Assembly: GCA_947625765.1 (NCBI GenBank)
Contig: CANQPP010000001.1
Coordinates: 7,763-71,762, forward strand
Direction of reading: 5' to 3'
Origin: an uncultured Clostridia bacterium
GTDB taxonomy: Bacteria > Bacillota > Clostridia > Christensenellales > UBA1750
Length of the DNA stretch: 64,000 nt
A model generated the notes under the pieces. It saw nothing but the letters and a program-made list of their open reading frames with translations, made no database searches and was not told the origin of the DNA. Every line of letters starts with the position of its first letter. Positions within the stretch are counted from its first letter, which is position 1. The position numbers and the translations under genes are program-made. This document shows, in pieces, positions 8,997 through 18,572 of this stretch.

Positions 8997-9040
8997 GGAA
9001 AAATGGACGCGGGCGCCCGAACGGATGAGGGAGCGCCCGC
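8997..9040 (-). terminator. rho-independent terminator after prs
   Basis: GCGGGCGC (9009-9016) pairs with GCGCCCGC (9033-9040). On the minus strand the hairpin is followed by GTCCATTTTTCC. Confidence 0.6.
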
Positions 9041-9057
9041 AAAATAAGTTTGGAGTT

Positions 9058-10248
9058 TTATTGCGCCGCCTGGTTGGCCCTGTGCCTGGCCAGCAGCTTC
9101 TGGATCCTCTGCAGGGGGTTGAGCAGGGGCGAGATGGAGCGGTCGTGGTTGAGCGTGGCCACGATCAGGGCGATGTACTTGCTCATGTCCACCTCGATGA
9201 ACCAGGGCTCGGCCTTGAGCTCGGGGCGCAGGTAGTTGAGGTTGGTGGCCAGAACGTAGTCGAACAGGCCGTCCTCGTGGGCCTTGCGGAACACCTCCAC
9301 GCCGTTGGTGAACAGGGCGAAGGTGGTGGCCATGAAGATGCGGCCGCACTTGCGGCGCTTGAGCTCCCGGGCGACCTCCAGCATGGAGTCGCCGGTGGCC
9401 AAAATGTCGTCGGCGATGAGCACGTCCTTGCCTTCCACGGACTCGCCCATGTATTCGTGGGCCACGATGGGGTTGCGGCCGTTGACAACGACGGTGTAGT
9501 CGCGCCTCTTATAGAACATGCCCATGTTCAGGCCCAGGACCGTGGCGTAATAGATGTTGCGGTTGGCGGCGCCCTCGTCGGGGCTTATGCACATCATGTG
9601 CTTGGGGTCGATCTGCAGGTCCGGCAGCCTGCGCAGCAGCGCCTTGAGCATCTGATAGTAGGGCTGCACGTTCTCGAAGCTGGCGTTGGGGATGGCGTTC
9701 TGCACGCGGGGGTCGTGGGCGTCGAAGGTGATGATGTTGGCGACGCCCATGCTCTCCAGCTCCTGCAGCATCATGGCGCAGTCCAGGGACTCGCGGGTGC
9801 TGCGGCGGTGCTGGCGGCCCTCATACAGGTAGGGCAGGATGACGTTGAGCCTCTTGGCCTTGTTGCCGGTGGCGGCGATGATGCGCTTTAGGTCCTGGTA
9901 GTAGTCGTCCGGGGACATGGGAACGTCCATGCCGTACATCTTGTAGGTCTTGGAATAGTTGGTCACGTCGCAGAGCACGTACAGATCGTAGCCGCGCACG
10001 GACTCGCGGATCACGCCCTTGCCCTCGCCGGAGCTGAACCTGGGGCAATCCACGTTGAGCAGGAAGCTGTTGCGCTCGTAGCCCGGGTAGGTCAGGAGCA
10101 CCTGGTCGGCGTTTTCCGGCTCGTACTCCCAGCGGACCAGATAATCGTTCACCTTGTTGCCCAGCGTTTCGCAGCCGTCCATGGCCACCAGGCCCAAGGG
10201 TCCCATGGGCCTTGGCTCGTGAAGCTCGGCCATCAGTCCTTGTTGCAT
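9058..10248 (-). CDS. prs: ribose-phosphate pyrophosphokinase (long form)
   Basis: 396 aa. PRPP-synthetase features: ...ITFDAHDPRVQN..., the PRPP-binding loop VLIADDILATGDSM, and the N-terminal ...RESVRGYDLYVLCDV. Confidence 0.85.
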   Translation of the reverse strand: MQQGLMAELHEPRPMGPLGLVAMDGCETLGNKVNDYLVRWEYEPENADQVLLTYPGYERNSFLLNVDCPRFSSGEGKGVIRESVRGYDLYVLCDVTNYSKTYKMYGMDVPMSPDDYYQDLKRIIAATGNKAKRLNVILPYLYEGRQHRRSTRESLDCAMMLQELESMGVANIITFDAHDPRVQNAIPNASFENVQPYYQMLKALLRRLPDLQIDPKHMMCISPDEGAANRNIYYATVLGLNMGMFYKRRDYTVVVNGRNPIVAHEYMGESVEGKDVLIADDILATGDSMLEVARELKRRKCGRIFMATTFALFTNGVEVFRKAHEDGLFDYVLATNLNYLRPELKAEPWFIEVDMSKYIALIVATLNHDRSISPLLNPLQRIQKLLARHRANQAAQ

Positions 10249-10337
10249 GTCCTTTCACCCTCCATGGTTTCTTCCCTCTGTCGTCCCCGCCCGTTCGGGA
10301 ACGCCTTTTCGCCATTAGTATACCATAAAGTTCCGCG

Positions 10338-10373
10338 AATGCACGAAACTTGGCGGCCGTTCGTGCATTTTTT
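10338..10373 (+). other. 10-bp perfect inverted repeat plus T-run in the prs/lhr divergent spacer
   Basis: AATGCACGAA (10338-10347) and TTCGTGCATT (10360-10369) are separated by 12 nt and followed by TTTT. No plus-strand gene lies upstream of it. Confidence 0.4.
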
Positions 10374-10427
10374 ACAATTGGCCCCTCCACAGCCTGTCTT
10401 TGGGAGCGCTTCTATTTCCTTCCTCGG

Positions 10428-10457
10428 TTGACAGGCGGCCGCCCGCAAGGGTACAAT
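10428..10457 (+). promoter_or_regulatory. putative promoter of lhr
   Basis: TTGACA (10428-10433), 18-nt spacer, TACAAT (10452-10457), 70 nt upstream of the ATG at 10527. Confidence 0.45.
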
Positions 10458-10526
10458 CAGGGCGTGACCTTATATCTCTCAACAGCTGCCGCCTCCTCAC
10501 TTCGCGGCGGAAAGGAGCGCCCCCAT

Positions 10527-13500
10527 ATGCCCGATGCCCTTGAGTATCTTCACCCGGATACCGCAAGCTGGTTCCGCGCGGCGCTGGGCGAGCCCACGCC
10601 CGTGCAGGCGGAGTGCTGGCCGCTCATCCGCGAAGGCAGACATACGCTGCTCAGCGCGCCCACGGGCTCGGGCAAGACGCTGGCCGCCTTCCTGGTCTTT
10701 ATCGACCAGATGAAGGAGCAGGCCCGCCGGGGCGAGCTCAAGGACGAGCTGCAGCTGATCTACATCTCCCCCTTGAAGGCGCTGGCCGGGGACATCCGCG
10801 AGAACCTGCGCCGCCCTCTGGACGGCATCGGCGGGCCGGAGATCCGCGTTTTCGTGCGCACGGGCGACACGCCCCCGGCCGAGCGGCAGCGGATGCTCCG
10901 CCGCCCGCCGCACATACTGATCACCACGCCGGAGTCGCTGTTCCTGCTGCTAAGCTCCAGGGGCGGGCGGCGCGTCCTGAGCACCGCGCGGGCCGTGATC
11001 GTGGACGAGCTGCACGCGCTGCTCAACACCAAGCGCGGCGCGCATCTGTTCTTGTCCCTCTCGCGTTTGGATGCCCTCTGCGGCCGCAGGCTGCAAAGGG
11101 TAGGGCTTTCGGCCACGGTCAAGCCGCTGGAGCTGGCCGCCCGCGCGCTGGCCTGGCCGGATGCGGCTGCCATCGTCGCCCCGCCGAAGAGCAAGCGCGC
11201 CTCCATGTCGGTCGTCTGCCCGGTGGAAGACCTGCGCGTGCTGCCGGGAAAGAGCGTCTGGCCGGAGATCGCCGCGCAGGTGGTCAGGCACTGCGAGCGC
11301 TGCCGCACGGTGCTGGTCTTTCTGGAAGGCCGCGCCCAGTCGGAGAAGCTGGCCGGGGAGATCAACCGCCTGGCCGGGGAGGGCTTCGCCCGCACCCACC
11401 ACGCCTGCGTCTCCAGAGAGCAGCGGCAGGAGGCCGAGCAGCAGCTGCGGGAAGGGAAGCTGCGGGTGCTGTGCGCCACCTCCTCCATGGAGCTGGGCAT
11501 CGACGTGGGGCAGGTCGACCTGGTGTGCCAGGTGGGCTGCCCTTCCAGCGTCTCCGGCGCGCTGCAGCGCCTGGGCCGCGCGGGACATGCGCCGGATCGG
11601 GAGAGCGTGATGTTCGTCTACCCCAAGACCGCCGCGGACGCGCTGTTCAGCGGCCTGACCGCGTCGCTTGCGATGGAAGGGGCCATCGAGGAGAGCCGCC
11701 CGCCGATGCTCTGCCTGGACGTGCTGGCCCAGCAGCTCTGCTCCATGGCCGTGGACGCCGCCTGGAGCGAGGAGGAAGCACTCGCGGTCGTCAAAAACGC
11801 CTACAACTTCAAGGATGTGACCTTGGAGCAGCTCCGCGCAGTCCTTCGGATGCTGGCCGGGGACTTCGAGCACGAGCGGGACAAGCCCGTCCGGCCGCGC
11901 CTGGACTACGACCGCGTGCACGGCCGCTTTTCAGGCGATACCTACACCCGCCTGCTGGCCGTCTCCGCGGGCGGCACGATCCCGGACAGGGGCTGGTACG
12001 CGGTGACGCTGCCCGACGGCACCCGTCTGGGCGAGCTGGACGAGGAGTTCGTGTTCGAGGCCCGTCTGGGCGACCGCTTCCTGCTGGGCGCCTTCGCCTG
12101 GCGGCTCAAGGAGGTGCTGCACGACCGGGTGATCGTGGAGCCCTGCTCCACCCAGGGCGCGCAGATCCCCTTTTGGCGGGGCGACGACCGGGGCCGCAGC
12201 TTCGGCACGGCCCTGCGCTTTGGGCAGATGCTGCGCTCCCTGCAGGACGAAAAGGACCTGGACAAAGGCCTGCAGGCCTTTCGGATGGACGAGAATGCCG
12301 CCCGCAACGCCGCCCGCGTGCTGCGCAGGCAAAAAGAGCTGTGCGGCTGCTTGCCGGACGATCGGACCATCGTGGTGGAGCACTTCTCCGACGAGGCGGG
12401 CGAGCACCAGCTGATGGTGCACTCCCTGTTCGGCGCGAGGGTGAACCGCTGCCTGGAGATGCTGCTGCGCCGCAAGGCCGAGCAGCTGACCGGGCTCGAA
12501 GTTCGTGCCTACGCAGAGGACGAGGGCGTGCTGCTCATGGCCCTTGGCGAAAAGGACCTGCCAAGCGGCCTGCTTTCCCAGCTGGACGTGGAGAGCGCAC
12601 CTGCCATCGTCCGCGCCCTTTTGCCGGAAACGCCGCTTTTCTCCATGTGCTTCCGCTACGCGGCGGCCCGCGCGTTGCTCTTCGGCGCGCGCTCGAGCGG
12701 GCGGCAGCCCCTCTGGGTGCAGAGGCTGCGCGGGGCGGACCTGCTCTCCATGGCGGCCCGGGAGCCGGAGCACCCCCTCATGCAGGAAGCCCTGCGCGAA
12801 TGCCTGCAGGATCAGCTGGACTTATCCGGGCTGGACGCGGTGCTGCGGGGACTGCGGGACGGCTCCATCCGCGTGGCGGAAATGCGCCTTGACGCGCCCT
12901 CGCCCCTGTCCCTGCCCCTGCGCCGCCAGGCCGAGGCGGAGCTCATGTACGAGTACGCCCCCACGCCCAAGGCCGCCCGCAGGGCCGTGGAGCAGGCGCT
13001 CTCCGCCGTGGAGGGGCTGCGGCCGGAGGGGGAAACGCTGTCCGCGCCGGAGCGCCGCGCGCCGGAAACGCCGGAGCGGCTGCACGCCCTGCTCATGACC
13101 GAGGGCGACCTGCTCTCCGAGGAGATCGACGCGCCTATCTCCTTCCTTACCTCCCTTGCGGAGATGGGCCGCGCGGCCTACGTGGAGCCGGGCCTGTGGG
13201 TCGCCGCGGAGGAAAAGCCCCTCTACGAGCGCGCCTTTTTGGAGGACGACCGGGAGGCGCTCACCCGCATCCTGCGGCGCTGCCTGCGCTTCCGCGGCGG
13301 GCAGGACGCCGCCTCCCTCTCCTCCCGCTACTTCCTGCCCGAGGAAACCGCCGCCGAGCTGCTGAAAGGCCTTGCCGCCGCGGGCGATGCGGTCGAGCTG
13401 GACGGCGTTTACCACCACAAGGACCTCTACGCCCTGGCCCAGCGCCGCACGCTCTCCCTGCGCAGGCAGGCCGTGCGCACCCGGCCCGGCGCCGCTTACT

Positions 13501-14615
13501 GCGCATATCTTACCTCCCGCATCCGCACCGCCGGCTCCCCCGCGTCCCAGCTGCGGGAAGCGCTGTCCCGCCTGCAGGGGCTGGCCCTGCCCCCGCGGCT
13601 GTGGGAGAGCGTGGTGCTGCCCGCCCGCTGCCGGGGGTACCGGCCCGCCTTGCTGGACGCCCTGCTGGCCTCCGGCGAATTCTTCTGGGCGCTGGAGCCG
13701 GGAGAGAAGCCCCTTCTGGCCTTCTGGCCCGCCGAGCGACTGGACGATGCCGCCGCCCCGTCCGAGGAGGGCCTGACCGGGGACGAGCTGGCCCTGTTCC
13801 GCCTGCTCCGCCGCCGGGGCGCCAGCTTCGCCTCCGCCCTGTCCCAGGCCGTGGAAGGGCGCTCGCCCCTGAACGCCCTGCTGGCGCTCACGGAGCGGGG
13901 CCTCGTGCGCGCGGACAGCTTCGCCCCGGTGCGCCGCATCCTGCAGGCGCAGGAGGAAACGCGCCTGCCCGCCAAGCGCCGCGCCCGCGCCCGGGCCGAG
14001 ACGCTCACCGCGGGCCGCTGGGAGCTGGCCTGGGGCGTTGAGCCCCTCTCGCTGGAAGAAGCCCTTTTGGAGCGCCTGCATCGCTACGGCATCCTGTGCC
14101 GGGAGACCGCCGCGCCGCTTCCCTGGGGCGAGGCGCTGGAGATGCTGCGCGCCTGGGAGTTCACGGGCCGGGTGCGGCGGGGCTATTTCGTCCGGGGGCT
14201 GTCCGGCGCGCAGTTCGTGCTGAGCGAGGACTTAGGTACGCTGACCGCCTATCTGGAAGCGCCCTCGCCGGACGCCCTCTGGCTGAACGCCGCCGACCCC
14301 TTCCAGGCCTGGGGCCGCTTCCTGCCCCACGAGGCGGGCCGCTCCTTCCTGCTGGTGCCGGGCTCCGCGGTCTGCTTAATTGAAGGCCGCGCCGCCGCCG
14401 TGCTGGAGCGGCAGGGCGAGCGGCTGCGCTTATTGGAGCCGGAGAAGGCCGAGGCCGCCCTTTCGTCCCTGACGGATGCCTTCCGCGCGGGGACGCTGTT
14501 CCCGGAGCTGGACTTCCTGCGCTGCCGCCAGGTCGAGGGCGCGGACGAGGACGCCCTGCGCCGGGCGGGCTTCCGCCGCGAGGCGCTGGACTTTATTCTC
14601 TGGAAGGAAGGCTGA
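10527..14615 (+). CDS. lhr: Lhr-family ATP-dependent DEAD/DEAH-box helicase
   Basis: ORF 10350..14615 trimmed to ATG 10527 (AAAGGAG SD). Motifs: WFRAALGEPTPVQAECWP, APTGSGKTLAAF (motif I), VIVDELH (motif II), SSMELGIDVG, LQRLGRAGH. The long C-terminal extension is typical of Lhr (1362 aa). Confidence 0.9.
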   Translation: MPDALEYLHPDTASWFRAALGEPTPVQAECWPLIREGRHTLLSAPTGSGKTLAAFLVFIDQMKEQARRGELKDELQLIYISPLKALAGDIRENLRRPLDGIGGPEIRVFVRTGDTPPAERQRMLRRPPHILITTPESLFLLLSSRGGRRVLSTARAVIVDELHALLNTKRGAHLFLSLSRLDALCGRRLQRVGLSATVKPLELAARALAWPDAAAIVAPPKSKRASMSVVCPVEDLRVLPGKSVWPEIAAQVVRHCERCRTVLVFLEGRAQSEKLAGEINRLAGEGFARTHHACVSREQRQEAEQQLREGKLRVLCATSSMELGIDVGQVDLVCQVGCPSSVSGALQRLGRAGHAPDRESVMFVYPKTAADALFSGLTASLAMEGAIEESRPPMLCLDVLAQQLCSMAVDAAWSEEEALAVVKNAYNFKDVTLEQLRAVLRMLAGDFEHERDKPVRPRLDYDRVHGRFSGDTYTRLLAVSAGGTIPDRGWYAVTLPDGTRLGELDEEFVFEARLGDRFLLGAFAWRLKEVLHDRVIVEPCSTQGAQIPFWRGDDRGRSFGTALRFGQMLRSLQDEKDLDKGLQAFRMDENAARNAARVLRRQKELCGCLPDDRTIVVEHFSDEAGEHQLMVHSLFGARVNRCLEMLLRRKAEQLTGLEVRAYAEDEGVLLMALGEKDLPSGLLSQLDVESAPAIVRALLPETPLFSMCFRYAAARALLFGARSSGRQPLWVQRLRGADLLSMAAREPEHPLMQEALRECLQDQLDLSGLDAVLRGLRDGSIRVAEMRLDAPSPLSLPLRRQAEAELMYEYAPTPKAARRAVEQALSAVEGLRPEGETLSAPERRAPETPERLHALLMTEGDLLSEEIDAPISFLTSLAEMGRAAYVEPGLWVAAEEKPLYERAFLEDDREALTRILRRCLRFRGGQDAASLSSRYFLPEETAAELLKGLAAAGDAVELDGVYHHKDLYALAQRRTLSLRRQAVRTRPGAAYCAYLTSRIRTAGSPASQLREALSRLQGLALPPRLWESVVLPARCRGYRPALLDALLASGEFFWALEPGEKPLLAFWPAERLDDAAAPSEEGLTGDELALFRLLRRRGASFASALSQAVEGRSPLNALLALTERGLVRADSFAPVRRILQAQEETRLPAKRRARARAETLTAGRWELAWGVEPLSLEEALLERLHRYGILCRETAAPLPWGEALEMLRAWEFTGRVRRGYFVRGLSGAQFVLSEDLGTLTAYLEAPSPDALWLNAADPFQAWGRFLPHEAGRSFLLVPGSAVCLIEGRAAAVLERQGERLRLLEPEKAEAALSSLTDAFRAGTLFPELDFLRCRQVEGADEDALRRAGFRREALDFILWKEG

Positions 14616-14646
14616 AACAGGCCAAAAAAACGGGAGGTGTTTTTAG

Positions 14647-15120
14647 ATGCCCGGCTACATCATGGGCCTGCGCGAGCTGGTGGGCCACAGGCTGCTTTTG
14701 CAGGTAGGCGCGAGCATGATCGTGGAGGATACACAGGGCCGCATCCTTCTGCAAAAGAGAAAAGACAACGGCTGCTGGGCCTACGCGGGCGGCTCCGTGG
14801 AGCCCGACGAGGACGTGGAAGAAGCCGCCCGCCGGGAACTGTTCGAGGAGACCGGCCTGGTCGCGGGCAAGGCATCCCTGTTCGGCATCTTCTCGGGGAA
14901 GGAGCTGCACTACACCTACCCCAACGGAGACGAGGTGTCGAACATCGACATCGTCTACCTCTGCCGGGATTTTTCCGGCGAGCTTACCTGCCAGCCGGAC
15001 GAAGTGCTGGAGCTGCGCTTCTTTGCCGCAGGCGAGCTGCCGTCCCCCCTCTCCCCGCCGATCCGCCGGGTCGTGCTCAAGTGGGCCGCCGACAAGCGGG
15101 CCGCATCGCACAAAGAATGA
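14647..15120 (+). CDS. NUDIX hydrolase
   Basis: 157 aa. Nudix box GGSVEPDEDVEEAARRELFEETGL (GX5EX7REUXEEXGU). GGGAGG SD. Confidence 0.85.
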   Translation: MPGYIMGLRELVGHRLLLQVGASMIVEDTQGRILLQKRKDNGCWAYAGGSVEPDEDVEEAARRELFEETGLVAGKASLFGIFSGKELHYTYPNGDEVSNIDIVYLCRDFSGELTCQPDEVLELRFFAAGELPSPLSPPIRRVVLKWAADKRAASHKE

Positions 15121-15133
15121 TTCCCACGCAAAA

Positions 15134-15166
15134 GACGGCAGGCAAATCCGCCCGCCGTCTTTTTTG
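15134..15166. terminator. bidirectional rho-independent terminator between convergent genes
   Basis: GACGGCAGGC pairs with GCCCGCCGTC (one mismatch, 6-nt loop), flanked by AAAA on the left and TTTTTTG on the right. Confidence 0.7.
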
Positions 15167-15193
15167 TTTGTGGAATAGGAGGACCTTCGCCCC

Positions 15194-15571
15194 TCACTGA
15201 ATGGGCCTGCCGATCCCCATTTCCTGCCGCCACTTCGGAGGCGGGCCGTCGTCGGCCCAGTATTCGTCTAAGGCGGCGATCTTCTCCCCTTCCATGCGCA
15301 TAAAGGAGACCACGTGGAACGACGCGCTGCAGTCCTTGGGGAACACCCGCACGACCGCGACGATGACCTCCCCGGCCTTTTCCACGCGCTTGATCTCGCC
15401 GTCCCATTCGCCGGGATAGGCGCAGTTGGCCCGGATGAACTCCTCCGCGGTGAAGCGCTCATTGGTACAGTGCCAGTTCACGAACGCGTCCTCCCAGAAA
15501 AAGCGTCGGATGCCCTCCGCGTCCTGCTTAAGGACCGCCTTCCAAAATTCCTCGATCATTGTATTCTTCAT
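15194..15571 (-). CDS. NTF2/SnoaL-like fold protein (function unknown)
   Basis: Start set to MKNTMIEEFW (ATG 15571, AGGAGG SD). The small alpha+beta cone-like sequence (...FFWEDAFVNWHCTNERFTAEEFIRAN...) resembles the SnoaL/DUF4440 family; assignment from memory only. Confidence 0.5.
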   Translation of the reverse strand: MKNTMIEEFWKAVLKQDAEGIRRFFWEDAFVNWHCTNERFTAEEFIRANCAYPGEWDGEIKRVEKAGEVIVAVVRVFPKDCSASFHVVSFMRMEGEKIAALDEYWADDGPPPKWRQEMGIGRPIQ

Positions 15572-15596
15572 GGTGTCCTCCTGGATCACGTCCGCG

Positions 15597-16022
15597 CTAT
15601 GCGTCCTTTATCCACACGCTGAAAGCCTCGCCCCACGGCCGGAAGACCCCTTCCACGAAGGCGGCGTCCTCCTCTCGTGACAGCTCCATATACAGCTCCG
15701 TCCCGTAATGCTGCGCGGAAAATAAGGCCCTTTCGTTCCGCACGTTGATCGTGAAGTATCTCGTCATCGCGTGGCAGCCGCTGCGCTCTGCGGGTTCTTC
15801 CCCCATCAGTTCCCGCAGGAACGCGCCCGTCGCTTCTCCCCGGACGGAGACCTCCTTTTTCTCCGCAGCGGGCTTTCCATATTTGGAGGCCGCCTTCACC
15901 GCCTCCATCTCCTCCTTCCAGCAGCGGATCTCCAGCTCGTCCCCTTCCCGGAGAAAATGCCGCAGAAGCGCCTTCCACCATTCATCCGGCACCGTATCGT
16001 CCACCATCTGCACCGCGATCAT
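15597..16022 (-). CDS. hypothetical protein
   Basis: Only the C-terminal 141 aa of ORF 15597..16382 look coding (MIAVQMVDDTVPDEWWKALLRHFLREGDELEIRCW...). The upstream part is Arg/Pro-rich shadow sequence overlapping the next gene. A GTG two codons upstream is an alternative start. Confidence 0.45.
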   Translation of the reverse strand: MIAVQMVDDTVPDEWWKALLRHFLREGDELEIRCWKEEMEAVKAASKYGKPAAEKKEVSVRGEATGAFLRELMGEEPAERSGCHAMTRYFTINVRNERALFSAQHYGTELYMELSREEDAAFVEGVFRPWGEAFSVWIKDA

Positions 16023-16050
16023 CTTCACTTTTGATGCCCCCTTGTTTGGC

Positions 16051-16839
16051 CTATTTCTTCCTGCAAACATACAGCAGGTGGCTGGCGCTTCCCAGCAGCT
16101 CCCTTTTTTCGCAGAAGGCCAGGTGCCAGCGGGCGAAGGCGGGGAAGTCCGCCTCCGGGATGGAAAAGTCCGGCCGCCTCTCCAGCGCCTCCAGCGGGCC
16201 GTCCGCGCTCGCCGTGGTAAGGTGCTTGACCGGCCTGCCTTGAAACAGCCCCTCGAACTCGCCCACGTCATAGCCGGTAAAGAGCTGCTCCTTGAAGTGA
16301 CGGACTTTATATTCGTCCGTGAAGTTCTCCTCCTGCCCCGCCGCCCAGTTGCCGTACAGATAGTTGGCGTACATGATGGCATAGACGGACAGGAACGCGA
16401 AGAAGAGCGTCCCGCCGGGCCGGGTGACGCGGATCGCCTCGTCGATGGCGCGCTCCACCTCCGCCCGTTCGTACAGGTGGTACATGGGCCCTAGGCTGAG
16501 CGTCACATCGAAGCCCCCGGACGCAAAGCGGCCAAGCTCCGTCGCGTCCCCGGAAAATGCCTTGAGGTTCTTGAGATCCCGGCCGTTCTCCCGCAGGACT
16601 TGCAGATTCGTTTCCGTCAGCTCCACCGCCGTTACGTCCATCCCCTCCTTTGCCAGGGCGATGGAATAGCGGCCCGTCCCCGCGCCGATCTCCAGCACCC
16701 TCGCGCCCGGGGAAGCGTACCTGTGGATGAGCGCCATGGTCGTTAAATATTCCAGCTGGCCGTGGCGCGAAAAACGCAGGCGCCTGTCCTCATCGATCTG
16801 GCCGTAAAAGCCGCGCACGATCTCCTCTCTGGTCGCCAT
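16051..16839 (-). CDS. class I SAM-dependent methyltransferase
   Basis: Start at MATREEIV (ATG 16839, GGGGGGAAAGAG SD). SAM-binding motif I is VLEIGAGTGRYSIALA, followed by post-I DVTAVELT. Confidence 0.85.
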   Translation of the reverse strand: MATREEIVRGFYGQIDEDRRLRFSRHGQLEYLTTMALIHRYASPGARVLEIGAGTGRYSIALAKEGMDVTAVELTETNLQVLRENGRDLKNLKAFSGDATELGRFASGGFDVTLSLGPMYHLYERAEVERAIDEAIRVTRPGGTLFFAFLSVYAIMYANYLYGNWAAGQEENFTDEYKVRHFKEQLFTGYDVGEFEGLFQGRPVKHLTTASADGPLEALERRPDFSIPEADFPAFARWHLAFCEKRELLGSASHLLYVCRKK

Positions 16840-16919
16840 CTCTTTCCCCCCCAATTATAGTAAAAGCGCGCAGAGGGCCTTTTCCCCCTGCGTGCTTCTT
16901 TGTCGAATGATCTACAATT

Positions 16920-17285
16920 TTACGCCCGGCACAGGCAGAACGGGTGCCCGGCGGGGTCCAGCAGGGTGATGAAGTCCTCGCCGCCGAACTGCGCCTTCGC
17001 CTTGACCGCGCCCAGGCGCTCGGCCTTTAGCACCATCGCGGGCAGGTCGTCCACCTGGAAGTCGAAGTGCATCTGCTTCTGCTGCTTTCCTTCCTCCTCC
17101 GGCCAGACGGGGCGGACGTAATCCGGCTCCTCGATAAAGAGGAACACTACGCCCGTGGAGCTCCTGACCGCGGGCCTGCCGAACAGCTCGCAGCTCTCCC
17201 AGCCCAGCAGCTCGCCGTAGAAGGCCTGTAGGCCCTTCTCGTCGTCGCAGTCCACCATCACGTTGCCCAAAACGACTTGACGCAT
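16920..17285 (-). CDS. VOC (glyoxalase/bleomycin-resistance) family protein
   Basis: The last 121 aa of ORF 16920..17543 are real (MRQVVLGNVMVDCDDEKGLQAFYGELLGWE...HFDFQVDDL...). ATG 17285 with CAGGAGGA SD. The longer ORF overlaps the epimerase gene. Confidence 0.7.
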   Translation of the reverse strand: MRQVVLGNVMVDCDDEKGLQAFYGELLGWESCELFGRPAVRSSTGVVFLFIEEPDYVRPVWPEEEGKQQKQMHFDFQVDDLPAMVLKAERLGAVKAKAQFGGEDFITLLDPAGHPFCLCRA

Positions 17286-17317
17286 CCTTTTATCCTCCTG
17301 TCTATTGGTAATCTCTC

Positions 17318-18412
17318 TTAAATCTCGTAGGGCGTTAAGCCCTCGATGCCGTCGATGCCGAGGCCCGGCTTGTCGGGCAGCGTGATCACGGGCCCGTCGA
17401 AGGCCGCGCCGCCCAGCACGGGGTCCTCGCGGCAGAGGGCGGGGCCGTCCAGGTCGATGCGGGTGATGACGCCCTTGGCCATGGCCACGTGGGCGGCGGC
17501 GGTCACGGCCACGTTGGCCTCCAGCATGCAGCCCATCATGCACTCGGCGCGGTAGCTCTCCGCGATGGCGCAGACGCGCAGCGCGCCGGAGATGCCGCCC
17601 GTCTTCATCAGCTTGATGTTGACCATGTCCGCAGCGCGGCCGGCCAGTATGCGGGCCGCGTCCGCGTCGGAAAAGACGCTCTCGTCCGCCAAAACGGGCA
17701 CGTTCACGCTCTCGGTCACCCGGCGCAGGCCGTCCACGTCGGCGGCCTTGACGGGCTGCTCCACCAGCTCCAGCTCCAGTCCTTCCTGCTCCATGCGGCG
17801 CAGGATGCGCACGGCCTCGCGGGGCGTCCAGCCCTGGTTGGCGTCGGCGCGCAGGAGCATGCCCGGCGGGCAGGCGGCGCGGACGGCCTTCAAGCGGTCG
17901 ATGTCCCGGGAGGGGTCGCTGCCGAGCTTGACCTTCAGCACCTTAAAGCCCCGCCGCGCGGCCTCGGCGGCGTCGGCGGCCATCTTTTCCGGGCTGTCCA
18001 CGGAGATGGTCAGGTCCGTTTCCAGCCGCTCCTTCGCCCCGCCCAGCAGCTTGTAGAGCGGCGCGCCTAAAGCCTTGCCGTAGAGGTCGTACAGCGCCAT
18101 TTCCACCGCCGCCTTGGGCGAGGAATTGTGCACCATGCTCCCCTGCACCAGGGCGCAGTTGTTCTCTATATCTAGCACATCCCGGCCGATCAGCTTAGGC
18201 GCGATGAAGCCCCGCACGGCTCCCGCGATGGACGGCAGCGTGTCGCCGGTGATCACGGCCGTGGGCGGCGCCTCGCCGTAGCCCACCGCGCCCTCGTCGG
18301 TCAAAAGCTCCACCACCACGTCCTCGATGGCCTCCACGGTGCGCAGCGCGGTCTTGAAGGGCGTGATGAGCGGCGCGCGCAGCAGGTAGGTCTGGACCCC
18401 GACGATCTTCAC
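17318..18412 (-). CDS. dipeptide epimerase (L-Ala-D/L-Glu epimerase-like), enolase superfamily
   Basis: 364 aa. MR/MLE-family layout with catalytic/metal residues in KVKLG, RADANQGW, LVEQP, LADES and NIKLMKTGG contexts. Confidence 0.85.
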   Translation of the reverse strand: MKIVGVQTYLLRAPLITPFKTALRTVEAIEDVVVELLTDEGAVGYGEAPPTAVITGDTLPSIAGAVRGFIAPKLIGRDVLDIENNCALVQGSMVHNSSPKAAVEMALYDLYGKALGAPLYKLLGGAKERLETDLTISVDSPEKMAADAAEAARRGFKVLKVKLGSDPSRDIDRLKAVRAACPPGMLLRADANQGWTPREAVRILRRMEQEGLELELVEQPVKAADVDGLRRVTESVNVPVLADESVFSDADAARILAGRAADMVNIKLMKTGGISGALRVCAIAESYRAECMMGCMLEANVAVTAAAHVAMAKGVITRIDLDGPALCREDPVLGGAAFDGPVITLPDKPGLGIDGIEGLTPYEI

Positions 18413-18572
18413 GGTAAATCAGCTCCCCTTTCTTGCAGGCCTGTCGCCATGCAACACATCATACTCCCTTTGCTTCAAAAACGCAAGGGCGCGGCCCTTC
18501 TGCGGAGAAAAGGCACTCCCTGCTTTTCCAGGCGCTTTCTTTTTTTATCAAAAAGCGACCGACGGTCTGTTT

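Noticed and set aside
10613-12892. 759-aa plus-strand ORF inside lhr (alternative frame), plus the many 100-420-aa ORFs on both strands across 10.5-14.6 kb
   Set aside because: The lhr frame carries all helicase motifs. The alternative frames are Arg/Pro/Gly/Ala-rich with no motifs, which marks them as GC-driven open frames.
10527-15120. Lhr helicase plus adjacent NUDIX hydrolase as a defence pair
   Set aside because: Lhr is a widespread DNA-repair helicase. The Nudix gene has its own SD, and both sit among core genes at host GC. Nothing supports a defence role.
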